The notes under the pieces were generated by a model that worked only from the letters and a program-made list of their open reading frames with translations, searched no databases and was not told the origin of the DNA. From contig CAWDVR010000002.1 of NCBI GenBank assembly GCA_963805975.1, forward strand, positions 480,001 through 544,000: a stretch of DNA of 64,000 nt, in the 5' to 3' direction. This document shows, in pieces, positions 9,598-18,399 of this stretch (position 1 is the stretch's first letter; every line of letters begins with the position of its first letter). Origin of the DNA: an uncultured Acidobacteriota bacterium (GTDB lineage Bacteria; Acidobacteriota; Thermoanaerobaculia; Multivoradales; SZUA-115). A program made the position numbers and the translations under genes.

Positions 9598-9706
9598 CCC
9601 GAGTCAATGACTCTCACTTTGGTCAGGCGATAATCTGCCTGCCGTAACTGCAAATCCCAATCGACTTCGGAATAGAACCTCGGGATCTCAGCGTTTAGGA
9701 CTCATG
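9598..9706. promoter_or_regulatory. Two degenerate HAIR-like inverted repeats upstream of hsp20
   Basis: CCCGAGT-N7-TCTCACT (9598-9618) and TCTCAGC-N7-ACTCATG (9686-9706) versus CTTGAGT-N7-ACTCAAG. Confidence 0.3.
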
Positions 9707-9770
9707 AACCGGGAGGGAGGCGGGCCTGAGCCCGCACCCCGGACCCTGAACTCTGAAGGAGACTCAAAAT

Positions 9771-10241
9771 ATGACCAACAAATCGATGACCCGCCGCACC
9801 GTGACCCACCCGTTCTTCGCCTCCCGTGAGCCCTTCGGGCCGTTCTTCGAACGGTTCCTGAACTTCGATCCCTCCCGCGGCGAGAGCTTCGGTCTTTCCG
9901 AGGACGCGGCACGCGGCACCTGGGTGCCCGCCGTGGACATCAAGGAGACCGAGGACGCGTTCGTGGTCCATGCCGAGCTTCCCGGCCTGACCAAGGAAGA
10001 CATCCAGATCACTCTCGAGAACAACGTCCTGCGCCTGGCCGGCGAGCGGCGCTTCGAGAAGGACGACGAGAAGGACAATTACCGCCGGATCGAGCGCGTC
10101 TACGGCAGCTTCAGCCGCGTCTTCACCCTGGGCGGCGGCGTCGACTCCGAGGGGGTGACCGCCAGCTTCAAGGACGGCATCCTGACGCTGAATGTGCCGA
10201 AGAAGGAAGAGACCAAGCCGCGTAAGATCAGCGTGCAGTAA
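9771..10241 (+). CDS. Small heat-shock protein Hsp20/alpha-crystallin
   Basis: PAVDIKET, ELPGL, ERVYGSFSRVF, ASFKDGILTL, C-terminal ISV. GAAGGAG RBS. Confidence 0.95.
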   Translation: MTNKSMTRRTVTHPFFASREPFGPFFERFLNFDPSRGESFGLSEDAARGTWVPAVDIKETEDAFVVHAELPGLTKEDIQITLENNVLRLAGERRFEKDDEKDNYRRIERVYGSFSRVFTLGGGVDSEGVTASFKDGILTLNVPKKEETKPRKISVQ

Positions 10242-10271
10242 GCCGACGCCGATCTTCCATGGCTCCACTTT

Positions 10272-10302
10272 CGGCCCGCTCCCGGCGGGCCGTTTTCTTT
10301 TC
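10272..10302 (+). terminator. Rho-independent terminator of hsp20
   Basis: cggcccgc-tcccg-gcgggccg followed by ttttctttt. Confidence 0.85.
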
Positions 10303-10374
10303 CGGCCTGGCTCGGCGTGAGCCGCACGAGCGCACGATGGGAGGCCGGCAGTCGCGGGCTACAAAGCGGGCTCT

Positions 10375-11556
10375 CTACACCACCACCGGCAGCAGGCTAG
10401 CCAGGTCGCGGTTGGCCGGAGTGAGGGCGTGGCGATAGCGGCGCGCGGTGTCGGCGGTCTCTTCGCGGCTCACCAAGCGCTCGTAGAGATTGGTGCGCTG
10501 GCGGGGGAGGTAGCCGGCGCTCTCGATCAGGTGCTCCATCTCGTCCTGGCTCATGCGAAAGGCCGTGCCGGCCGAGGAGACGACGTTCTCCTCGATCATG
10601 ATCGAGCCCATGTCGTCGGCGCCGAAGGCGAGCGCCGCCTGGCCGATCTTCTTGCCCTGCGTCACCCAGCTGGTCTGGAAGTGGACGATGTTGTCGAAGA
10701 AGAGGCGCGTGGCGGCGAGCGTCTTCAGGTACTCGTCGGCATAGGTCTCCGGCACATCCGGCATGTCCGTGTGCTCGTGCTGGAAGGTCCAGGAGATGAA
10801 GGCCGTGAAGCCGCCGGTCTCGTCCTGCAGGTCGCGGACGCGCTGCAGGTGCTCCACGCGCTCCGCGAGCCCCTCCCCCATGCCGTACATCATGGTCGCC
10901 GAGGTGCGCAGGCCGTTCCTGTGCGCCTGGCGCATGATGTCGATCCACTCCTCGGCCGAGGCCTTGGGGTACGCGAGCACCTCCTTGCGCACCGCGTCCG
11001 AGAGGATCTCGGCGCCGCCGCCGGGGATCGACATCAGGCCCGCGTCCTTGAGCCGCGCGATCACGTCGTAGAAGCTCATGCGCTCCTTGCGGGCGATGAA
11101 CTTCACCTCGGGCGGCGAGAAGGCGTGGACGTGGAGCGTCGGATAGTGCTCGCGGATGTAGCGCAGCAGATCCTCGTAGTAGGCGAGCGGCAGGTCCGGG
11201 TGGACGCCGCCCTGCATCAGGATGCCGGTGCCGTTGAGCGCCAGCGTCTCTTCGATCTTGCGTCCGATCTCCTCGAACGGCAGCAGGTAGCCCTCCGGGT
11301 CGCCCGGCGGGCGGTAGAAGGCACAGAACCGGCATTTGTAGACGCAGACGTTGGTGTAGTTGATGTTGCGGTCGATGTTGTAGGTGGCGACCTCGGGGTC
11401 GTTGAAGCGGTCGCGGACCTCGTTCGCGGCCATGCCGAGCTCGAGGAGATCGCCCCTTTCGAGCAACGTGTAGACGTCGCCGGCCGAGATGCGCCGGCCG
11501 CTGGTCGCATCGCCCAGGATCTGTTCCACCAATCGGTTGGAGGGCTCGAAATTCAT
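10375..11556 (-). CDS. mqnC: Cyclic dehypoxanthinyl futalosine synthase (radical SAM)
   Basis: DRNINYTNVCVYKCRFCAFYR, QGGVHP, PGGGAEIL, QTSWVTQG, IEENVV. Confidence 0.9.
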   Translation of the reverse strand: MNFEPSNRLVEQILGDATSGRRISAGDVYTLLERGDLLELGMAANEVRDRFNDPEVATYNIDRNINYTNVCVYKCRFCAFYRPPGDPEGYLLPFEEIGRKIEETLALNGTGILMQGGVHPDLPLAYYEDLLRYIREHYPTLHVHAFSPPEVKFIARKERMSFYDVIARLKDAGLMSIPGGGAEILSDAVRKEVLAYPKASAEEWIDIMRQAHRNGLRTSATMMYGMGEGLAERVEHLQRVRDLQDETGGFTAFISWTFQHEHTDMPDVPETYADEYLKTLAATRLFFDNIVHFQTSWVTQGKKIGQAALAFGADDMGSIMIEENVVSSAGTAFRMSQDEMEHLIESAGYLPRQRTNLYERLVSREETADTARRYRHALTPANRDLASLLPVVV

Positions 11557-11735
11557 GGTTCTGATTTTACCACCCGGTCTCGCCCGGCGCCGTCCGCAAA
11601 TCCAGCCCGGCCCGAGCGTCTCCCTCTGGACCGTGACTTGCACTCCATGAGATGCAGAACTGGAGGCGTGTCGATATTCAGATCCAACGTGGATCCGTGC
11701 GTTGCGCGCTCCCCAACCGCAAAAGGAGACGACAG

Positions 11736-11996
11736 ATGGCCAACCTGACCCGTTCGAAGACGCGCTGGATCCTGCTCGGCGCTCTGCTGGTCGTGATCGC
11801 GACCGTCGCCACGCTGGTACCGCAGAGTGCCGATGCGATCCAGGGAGTGTGCGCCTACTACAGCGACGCCACCTACACCACGGTGGTGGGCGCGCGCGGC
11901 ACCGGCTGCTGCGGCAGCGTGATCAACTGGGGCATCACCACCCCCTATCGCCGCTGCGAGCAGCTCTACTGTCCTGACGTGGTCTGTCCGGACTAG
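11736..11996 (+). CDS. Small secreted 6-Cys protein (DUF6289-like), 86 aa
   Basis: AAAGGAG RBS. Signal peptide ending ADA. Mature part has YYSDATYTTVVG..GCCG..WG..TPY. Confidence 0.8.
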   Translation: MANLTRSKTRWILLGALLVVIATVATLVPQSADAIQGVCAYYSDATYTTVVGARGTGCCGSVINWGITTPYRRCEQLYCPDVVCPD

Positions 11997-12056
11997 CGCT
12001 TCGATCCGAGGGGCGGGCCCACTACGGCCCGCCCCTCGTCTTCCCCACCTCCCGGC

Positions 12057-12800
12057 CTAGAAACCGATCCGCCGCATGATGAACCGCGGCAGAGAGCGGA
12101 TCACCAGCATGATCCAGCGCCAGATCGCCGGCGCGTAGACCACCGGCGTGCCGCGGTCGAGGGCCCTGAGCACCCGCCGCGCCACCCCGTCCGGCTCGCC
12201 GGCGAACGGCGGCGGCTTCAAGCCTTCCGTCATGCCGGTCCTGACGAACCCCGGCTTGACGCAGACCACCCTGAGCCCCTGGGCCCGGAACTTGTGGTCC
12301 AGCCCCTCGAGGTAGCGCGTCAGCCCGGCCTTGGCCGCGCCGTAGAGGATCACCGGCTTTCGTCCCCGCTCGCCGGCCACCGAGCTGAAGACGCAGAGGG
12401 TGCCGCCGCCCCGCGCCAGGAGCCGCCGCCGCGCCTCCTCGCAGAATTGCACGGTGCGCGCGAAGTCCACGTCCAACACGCGCGCGGCGAGCTCGGCGTC
12501 GGCCTCCAGCCGCTCCTGCGGCGCGAAGAGGCCCGCCGTCACCACTATGGTATCGAGCCCCGAGAGCGTGTCCTCCGCTGCCGCCAGAGCAGGTGCGAAG
12601 GTCTCTGGGCGCTCCAGATCGCAAAAAGCTGTGCCCACACAAACCCCGGAATGACCTGAACGTACCTCGAGATCGCGCGCCGAGGCCTCGAGATCCGCGC
12701 GGTCGCGGCCCAGAAGGAAAACCTCGTCCCCCCGTTCCGCCAGCCGACGGGCGAGCGCCCGTCCCATTCCTTTCGTGCCTCCAATAAGAGCGACTTTCAT
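12057..12800 (-). CDS. SDR, DprE2-like decaprenylphosphoryl-2-keto-pentose reductase
   Basis: GGTKGMG, FSSVAGERGRK, YGAAK, VKPGFVRTGMT, amphipathic C-terminal YAPAIWRWIMLVIR. Confidence 0.8.
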   Translation of the reverse strand: MKVALIGGTKGMGRALARRLAERGDEVFLLGRDRADLEASARDLEVRSGHSGVCVGTAFCDLERPETFAPALAAAEDTLSGLDTIVVTAGLFAPQERLEADAELAARVLDVDFARTVQFCEEARRRLLARGGGTLCVFSSVAGERGRKPVILYGAAKAGLTRYLEGLDHKFRAQGLRVVCVKPGFVRTGMTEGLKPPPFAGEPDGVARRVLRALDRGTPVVYAPAIWRWIMLVIRSLPRFIMRRIGF

Positions 12801-12887
12801 CGTTGCGATATCCCGCTATGATTCTGGCCATCCATTGTTCTACAGCCTCCAAGTCTCGACGGTCCACCGGGAAGGGAGAGCGTACCG

Positions 12888-15800
12888 ATGTCCGCCACCA
12901 CGAGCAAGAAAGCCCTCGTTTCCCCGGCCCTGCTCCTCGCGGCGGGCCTGCTGCCGGCAGGGCAGGCGCCCGGCGACGAGAGCGGTGGTGCCGTGCTGGT
13001 GGCTCCCGCCGCGCCACGCGGGCGCATGATCGCCTCCGGCGAAGCGCATGCCTGGCGCGTCGAGGCGGCCGGCAGCCCGCTCCTGGTCACCGTCGAGCAG
13101 CTCGGCATCGATCTCGTGGTCGAGGTGCGCGGGCCGGACGATCAGAGCGCGCGAACGATCGACGGCCCCACCAGCCGCTGGGGGCCGGAGGTGGTCGTGC
13201 TCACCGCCGGCATCGCGGGCACGTACCGCCTGGAGGTCCGTCCGGGAGGGCAGGACGTTCCTCCGGGCCGCTACGCCATCGCCGTCGAGCCGCTGGAGAC
13301 GGGGGACACCGCGCGCCAGGCCGCGGCCCAGGCCATGAGCCATGCCTCCGAGCTGGTCTCCAGCGCCACGCCCGCGGCATTGAGCCTGGCCGGCACCTCC
13401 TACCGCGAAGCCCTGGAGGCCGGGCAGGCCGCGGGCGAGCCGCGCTGGGAGGCCGAGGCCTGGCACGCCCTCGCCGCCGTGGACCAGATGCGCGGCGACC
13501 TGCGCTCGGCGGCGGCCGGCTACCAGGAGGCGGCCGTGCTCTGGCGGCTCCTGGGAGACGCTCGCCGCGAGGCCGCGGCGCTCAACGGCCTGGGGCGCAC
13601 TCTCCTGGACCGCGGCGAGCTGGATGCGGCCCGCCGCACCTTCACCGAGTCGGTCGGTCTCTGGCAGCGCACGGGAGAGCGCCTCGAGGAGGGCGAGGTC
13701 CGCATCAACCTCTGCCTGGTGGAGCAGACGGCCGGCGCGGCACAGGGCGCCCTCGCCTGCTACGAGGAGGCCCGCGCGCTCTTCCAGGAAACCGGCGACC
13801 CGAGCCAGGAGGCGCGGATCCTCAACAACATGGGAGGCATCCACGACGCCCTGGGCGAGCCCGACAGGGCTCTGCGCTCGTACGAGCAGGCGCTCGCCCT
13901 GCGCCGGCGGCTCGGCGACCGTCTCGGCGAGGCCCAGATCCTCAACAACCTCGGCACCGTCCACCGGGCCCTGGGCGAGTGGCCCGAGGCGCTGCGCCTC
14001 TACGCCGAGGCACGGCAGATGCTCGCCTCTCTGAGCGCCGGTGTGGAGGAGGCCAAGCTGCTGAACAACATCGGCTTCGCCTACACCAGCCTGGGAGAGC
14101 CGCAGCGGGCGCTGGTTTCGCACCAGGAGGCCCTGAGGCTGCGCCGCGAGACCGGCGACCGGCGGGGAGAGGTCGTCTCGCTCAACAACCTGGGCATCGC
14201 CTGGCGCAGCCTCGGCGAGCTGCAGACGTCCCTCGACCACCACCGGCGGGCCTTGGAGATCGCCTCGGCGCTCGGCGACCCTCGCCAGCAGGCGATCAGC
14301 CGTCTGCGTCTCGCCGAGGCCCTGCTCGATCTGGGCGAACCCGAGGCCGCCCTGCGCGAGCTCGGCACCACCTCGACCTATCTGCGCGAGGCGGGGGACC
14401 GCCGCAACGAAGGCCTGATGCTCCACCTGCGCGGCCGGGCCCTCACTCTCGCAGGCCGCCCCCGGGAAGCCTTGCCGCTGCTCGAGGAGGCATTGGAACG
14501 GCGGCGGGCGGTGAGCGACCGCGCGGGCGAGGCGGACACTCTCCATGCTCTGGGCGCCGCGGCTCGCAGACTCGGCCTGACCCGAGAGGCGCGCGCCCAC
14601 GCCGAGGCGGCGGTGTCCCGGGTCGAGGCCATGCGTTCCCGTTTCGTGAGTCCCAACCTCCGCGCCGCCTTCCTCGCGGCGCAGCGGAGCGCCTACTCAC
14701 TGCTCATCGACCTGCTGATGGACCGCCACGCCGCCGAGCCCACGGCCGGCCACGACCGGGCCGCGCTCGAGGTCAGCGAGCGGGCGCGCGCCCGCACGCT
14801 CCTCGACCGCCTGAGCGAGCGGCCCGGTTCGGCTGGCGCAGCCGCCAACTTCGGCACCGAGACCGGTCTGCTCGAGCGCCGGCGGTCGCTCCGCCGCCGG
14901 CTGAGCGCCAAGACGGACCAGCTCCTGAAGCAGGCGGGCGCCAGCGCCGAGGCGCTGGGGCGCGAGATCGAGGTCCTGCTCACCGACCTCGACGGCGTCG
15001 AGGCGGAGATCCGCGGGCAGAGCCCCGGCGCTGCCGGTGCCGGCGACCCGCGGCCGATCTCCCTGCCCGAGATCGCCGGCCTTCTCGACCCCGAAACGCT
15101 GCTCCTCGAGTATTCGCTCGGTGAGGAGCGGAGCTTCCTCTGGGCGGTGGGGGCCGGCACCTTCCGCAGCTTCGTCCTTCCTCCCCAGCGGGAGATCGAG
15201 GCGCTGGCCCGCCAGGTGTACCAGGAAGTCTCGACCGTCGAGGTAGGAGCGGGCCCTCAATCGAGCCCAGCCCAGGAGGCGCTGGCCCAGATCCTCCTCG
15301 CCCCGGTGTGGAGCGAGGCGGAGCGCGGCAAGCGGCTGGTCCTGGTGCCGGACGCGTCGCTGCACCTCGTGCCTTTCGCGGCCCTGCCGGTGCCCGTGCC
15401 AGGGCTGGCCTGGGACGCGGCAGGAGGTCCCCGCCAACCCCTCCTCGAGCGGCAGGAGGTGGTCTACCTCCCTTCTGCCTCGACCCTGGCCCTCGAGCGG
15501 CTGCGGCTCGGCCAGCGGGGCGTGGCTCCGAAGTGGGCGGCAGTCCTGGCCGATCCGGTCTTCGCAGCCGACGATCCCCGCCTGGCGGGTCCGAACCTCG
15601 CCCGCCGTCCGGCGCCGGCCGCGAGCGCCCTGGCCTCGACGGCGTTGGAGCGGGGTGCGGAGGCCGCCGGCGGACCCCCTCTCTTCGAGCGCCTGCCCGG
15701 CAGCCGCCGCGAGGCCGAAGCGATCGCCAGGCTCGCACCCACGGGCCAGGTGTGGACGGCCCTCGACGCCGCGGCCAGCCGGGACGCCGTGCTCTCCGGC

Positions 15801-16262
15801 CAGCTCCGCACGTACCGCGTGGTCCATTTCGCCACCCACGCGATTGCCGACACCCGCAACCCGGAACGATCGGGGCTGGTGCTCTCGCTCGTCGATGCCG
15901 CCGGCCATCCTCTGGAGGGCTTCCTCGGCCTGCCCGAGATCTACGAGCTGAACCTCGACGCCGACCTCGCCGTCCTCTCCGGCTGCCAGACGGCCCTCGG
16001 CCGTGAGATGCGCGGCGAGGGCCTCATGGGGCTCACCCGGGGCTTCCTCTACGCCGGCGTGCCGAGGGTCGTGGCGAGCCTGTGGCGGGTGCAGGATCGG
16101 GCCACGGCGGACCTCATGTCCCACTTCTATCGGGCGCTGTGGCGCGACGGCCTCCCCCCGGCCGCGGCCCTCCACGCCGCCCAGCGCTCCCTGCGCCGCG
16201 ATCCGCGCTATCGCGACCCCTACTCCTGGGCCGGCTTCGTGCTCCAGGGGGAGTGGCGCTGA
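12888..16262 (+). CDS. Exported TPR-repeat CHAT (caspase-like) protease with N-terminal beta domain
   Basis: Signal-like N-terminus. VTVEQLGIDLVV domain. Repeated LNNLG TPR units. CHAT motifs LVPDASLH, HFATHA, VLSGCQT, ASLWRV, PYSWAGF. Confidence 0.92.
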   Translation: MSATTSKKALVSPALLLAAGLLPAGQAPGDESGGAVLVAPAAPRGRMIASGEAHAWRVEAAGSPLLVTVEQLGIDLVVEVRGPDDQSARTIDGPTSRWGPEVVVLTAGIAGTYRLEVRPGGQDVPPGRYAIAVEPLETGDTARQAAAQAMSHASELVSSATPAALSLAGTSYREALEAGQAAGEPRWEAEAWHALAAVDQMRGDLRSAAAGYQEAAVLWRLLGDARREAAALNGLGRTLLDRGELDAARRTFTESVGLWQRTGERLEEGEVRINLCLVEQTAGAAQGALACYEEARALFQETGDPSQEARILNNMGGIHDALGEPDRALRSYEQALALRRRLGDRLGEAQILNNLGTVHRALGEWPEALRLYAEARQMLASLSAGVEEAKLLNNIGFAYTSLGEPQRALVSHQEALRLRRETGDRRGEVVSLNNLGIAWRSLGELQTSLDHHRRALEIASALGDPRQQAISRLRLAEALLDLGEPEAALRELGTTSTYLREAGDRRNEGLMLHLRGRALTLAGRPREALPLLEEALERRRAVSDRAGEADTLHALGAAARRLGLTREARAHAEAAVSRVEAMRSRFVSPNLRAAFLAAQRSAYSLLIDLLMDRHAAEPTAGHDRAALEVSERARARTLLDRLSERPGSAGAAANFGTETGLLERRRSLRRRLSAKTDQLLKQAGASAEALGREIEVLLTDLDGVEAEIRGQSPGAAGAGDPRPISLPEIAGLLDPETLLLEYSLGEERSFLWAVGAGTFRSFVLPPQREIEALARQVYQEVSTVEVGAGPQSSPAQEALAQILLAPVWSEAERGKRLVLVPDASLHLVPFAALPVPVPGLAWDAAGGPRQPLLERQEVVYLPSASTLALERLRLGQRGVAPKWAAVLADPVFAADDPRLAGPNLARRPAPAASALASTALERGAEAAGGPPLFERLPGSRREAEAIARLAPTGQVWTALDAAASRDAVLSGQLRTYRVVHFATHAIADTRNPERSGLVLSLVDAAGHPLEGFLGLPEIYELNLDADLAVLSGCQTALGREMRGEGLMGLTRGFLYAGVPRVVASLWRVQDRATADLMSHFYRALWRDGLPPAAALHAAQRSLRRDPRYRDPYSWAGFVLQGEWR

Positions 16263-16358
16263 GATTTCTCGCTCCCCGGTGAGATAGCGGCGGCCGCCGC
16301 GACAGCAGAGAGGAAACCACCTCGGCGCCGGGAGCGCCGGAAACCAAGAGGAGGAGCC

Positions 16359-16748
16359 ATGAGCCGCACTCTCATGAAAAGGACCCTGGGCTGGAAAGTC
16401 GACGAGATTCCCTCGACGATGTACGACCTGGGCCTCGCCCCGGTGCCCGTCATGCCCACCCTCAAGTTCCTGGATACCGGCAGCCACCTGAGGATCGACG
16501 ATTCCGGCGCCGGAAGCCGCTGGAACGACGTGCTCTGCGCCCCCGCTGCCGGCTCTCTAGAGAAGGAGTGGACCGGCACGCTGGAGAACCCCTCTCAGGC
16601 CTTCGTCATCACGCTGTCGACGAGCGGCTCGAAGAGCTTGGAGGTGAGCGTCGCCGCCGCTGTGACTCCGGATCCCCGCGGCGGTGGCCGCGACGACAAC
16701 TACGGCCCCCCGGCCGGCGGTTCCTGGACCGCGCAGGAAGGTAGCTGA
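16359..16748 (+). CDS. Hypothetical protein (129 aa) in the CHAT-sigma cassette
   Basis: Strong GAGGAGGAG RBS, ATG start and host-like codon usage. No family recognised. Confidence 0.75.
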   Translation: MSRTLMKRTLGWKVDEIPSTMYDLGLAPVPVMPTLKFLDTGSHLRIDDSGAGSRWNDVLCAPAAGSLEKEWTGTLENPSQAFVITLSTSGSKSLEVSVAAAVTPDPRGGGRDDNYGPPAGGSWTAQEGS

Positions 16749-16910
16749 GGCCGCCGGCGGCTTCCGGTGAGAGATCGACCGAGAAGGTGATCCATGTGCG
16801 CGGCAGTGACAGTGGCGCTCGGAGAGCGGGGTATGATGTTCCCTCTCCCGGCGAGATCTCCGGCACGCGCGGCAGAGGGCTTGCGCCCACGCCGAGACGC
16901 AGTGGGCGCC

Positions 16911-17519
16911 ATGAGCACCGATGCGGCACCCGAGCTTTCCGAGGCCGAGGTCGCGGCCGACCTCGGCCGGCGGATCGCGGCCGGCGACGCGGCGGCCGAA
17001 GGGCAGCTCGTCGAGCGCTACAGCCGCGGCCTTCTCTACCTCCTGCGGCGCCTGGGCGCTCCGCCGGAAGCCGCGGAGGATCTCCACCAGGAATCCTTCC
17101 GCATCGCCCTCGAGCGGCTGCGGACCAGCGGCCTCGACGACCCGGCGGGCCTCGGCGGTTTCCTGCGCGGTATCGCGCGCAACCTGATGGTGGCCGACCG
17201 GCGCAAGAGCGCCCGCCGCCGCACCGAGGCCGACCCCGAGCGGCTCGAGCAGGCCGCCCATCCCGCGCCGAGCCAGCTCTCCTGCGTGCTCCACGACGAG
17301 GAGGCCGCGATCGTGCGGCGGCTGATCGGCGAGCTGCCGACCGACCGCGACCGGCAGCTCCTGCTGCGCTTCTACGTTGCCGAAGAGGAAAAGGAAAGCA
17401 TCTGTGCCGACCTCGCCCTCGACAGCCTCCACTTCAACCGCGTCCTGTTCCGCGCCCGGCAGCGCTTCAAGGAGCTCCTGGAGCATTCCGCGGGACGGCA
17501 GGCGCAGTGGAGCTCGTGA
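16911..17519 (+). CDS. ECF RNA polymerase sigma factor
   Basis: Region 2 AEDLHQESF...FLRGIARN. Region 4 [15 protein letters not shown]...VLFRARQRFKE. Confidence 0.9.
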   Translation: MSTDAAPELSEAEVAADLGRRIAAGDAAAEGQLVERYSRGLLYLLRRLGAPPEAAEDLHQESFRIALERLRTSGLDDPAGLGGFLRGIARNLMVADRRKSARRRTEADPERLEQAAHPAPSQLSCVLHDEEAAIVRRLIGELPTDRDRQLLLRFYVAEEEKESICADLALDSLHFNRVLFRARQRFKELLEHSAGRQAQWSS

Positions 17520-17535
17520 GGTGAAAAGAGAGGCC

Positions 17536-18399
17536 ATGGACCACACCTACATCGAGGAGCACCAGATCGTCGAGCGCTATGCGATGGGCAAGCTCCTGGA
17601 ACCGGAGCTGGGGCCCTTCGAGGAGCATTACCTCTCCTGCCCGCGTTGCCTGGACCGGCTGGCCCTGGCGGAGGCCATGGAGCGGGGCTTCAAGCGCGCC
17701 GCCGGCGAGGACACCCAGCGGCTCGCCACCGCCCGACAGCTCGCCCTGGTGGCCTGGCTCACCCGCCTCGGCCGCTCGCGCCAGCTGGCCCTGGTGGCGA
17801 CAGCGCTCCTCGTCGCCGCGCTGCCTGCGGGCTTGGCCGTGCGCGAGGCGCGGCAACGAAACGAGGAGCTGGCGGAGGTCCGCTCGGCCCTGGTGGAGGC
17901 GCGAGCGCGATCTGCCGCGGGCTCGCGCGAGGCGGTGGCCGAGGCCGAGAGGCTGCGCGGCGAGCTCGACGCGAGCCACCTCGAGCTCGCCCGCGAGCAG
18001 GAGGCCCGTGCCCGGACGGCCGCGGAGCTGGCGGCGGCACGTTCCCCCCAGGCCAACGTCCCGATCCTGTTCCTGAGTGCCGAACGCGGCAGCGGCCCGC
18101 CCGCGGAAGGGCCCACCTACCTCCTCCGCCTGCCCGAGAGCCCGGGATGGATCGTTCTCGCCCTGGAGATCGAGCCGCCGCACCAGCCTTCCTACCGCGC
18201 CGCGCTTCGCGATCCGCGGGGGAAAGAGATCTGGCGTGGCGCGGGCCTCAGGCCGAGTGAGCTCGAGACCCTGAGCCTGAGCCTTCCCACCTCGCTCCTC
18301 GCGCCGGGCGACTATGCCCTCTCCGTGGAAGGCGTCCCCCCGGGCGGCAAGCCCGTGGCCGCCGGGCGCTTCACCTTCCGCGTGCTTCCCGCCGCCTGA
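17536..18399 (+). CDS. Zinc-binding (zf-HC2/ZAS) membrane anti-sigma factor
   Basis: EEHYLSCPRC (HxxxCxxC), one TM segment, coiled coil, then an Ig-like C-terminal domain (LAPGDYALSVEG). Confidence 0.85.
   Translation: MDHTYIEEHQIVERYAMGKLLEPELGPFEEHYLSCPRCLDRLALAEAMERGFKRAAGEDTQRLATARQLALVAWLTRLGRSRQLALVATALLVAALPAGLAVREARQRNEELAEVRSALVEARARSAAGSREAVAEAERLRGELDASHLELAREQEARARTAAELAAARSPQANVPILFLSAERGSGPPAEGPTYLLRLPESPGWIVLALEIEPPHQPSYRAALRDPRGKEIWRGAGLRPSELETLSLSLPTSLLAPGDYALSVEGVPPGGKPVAAGRFTFRVLPAA

Noticed and set aside
10375-11996. Radical-SAM RiPP cluster (rSAM next to Cys-rich peptide)
   Set aside because: The radical SAM is a clear MqnC without SPASM or RRE features, is divergently oriented, and the peptide has a Sec signal
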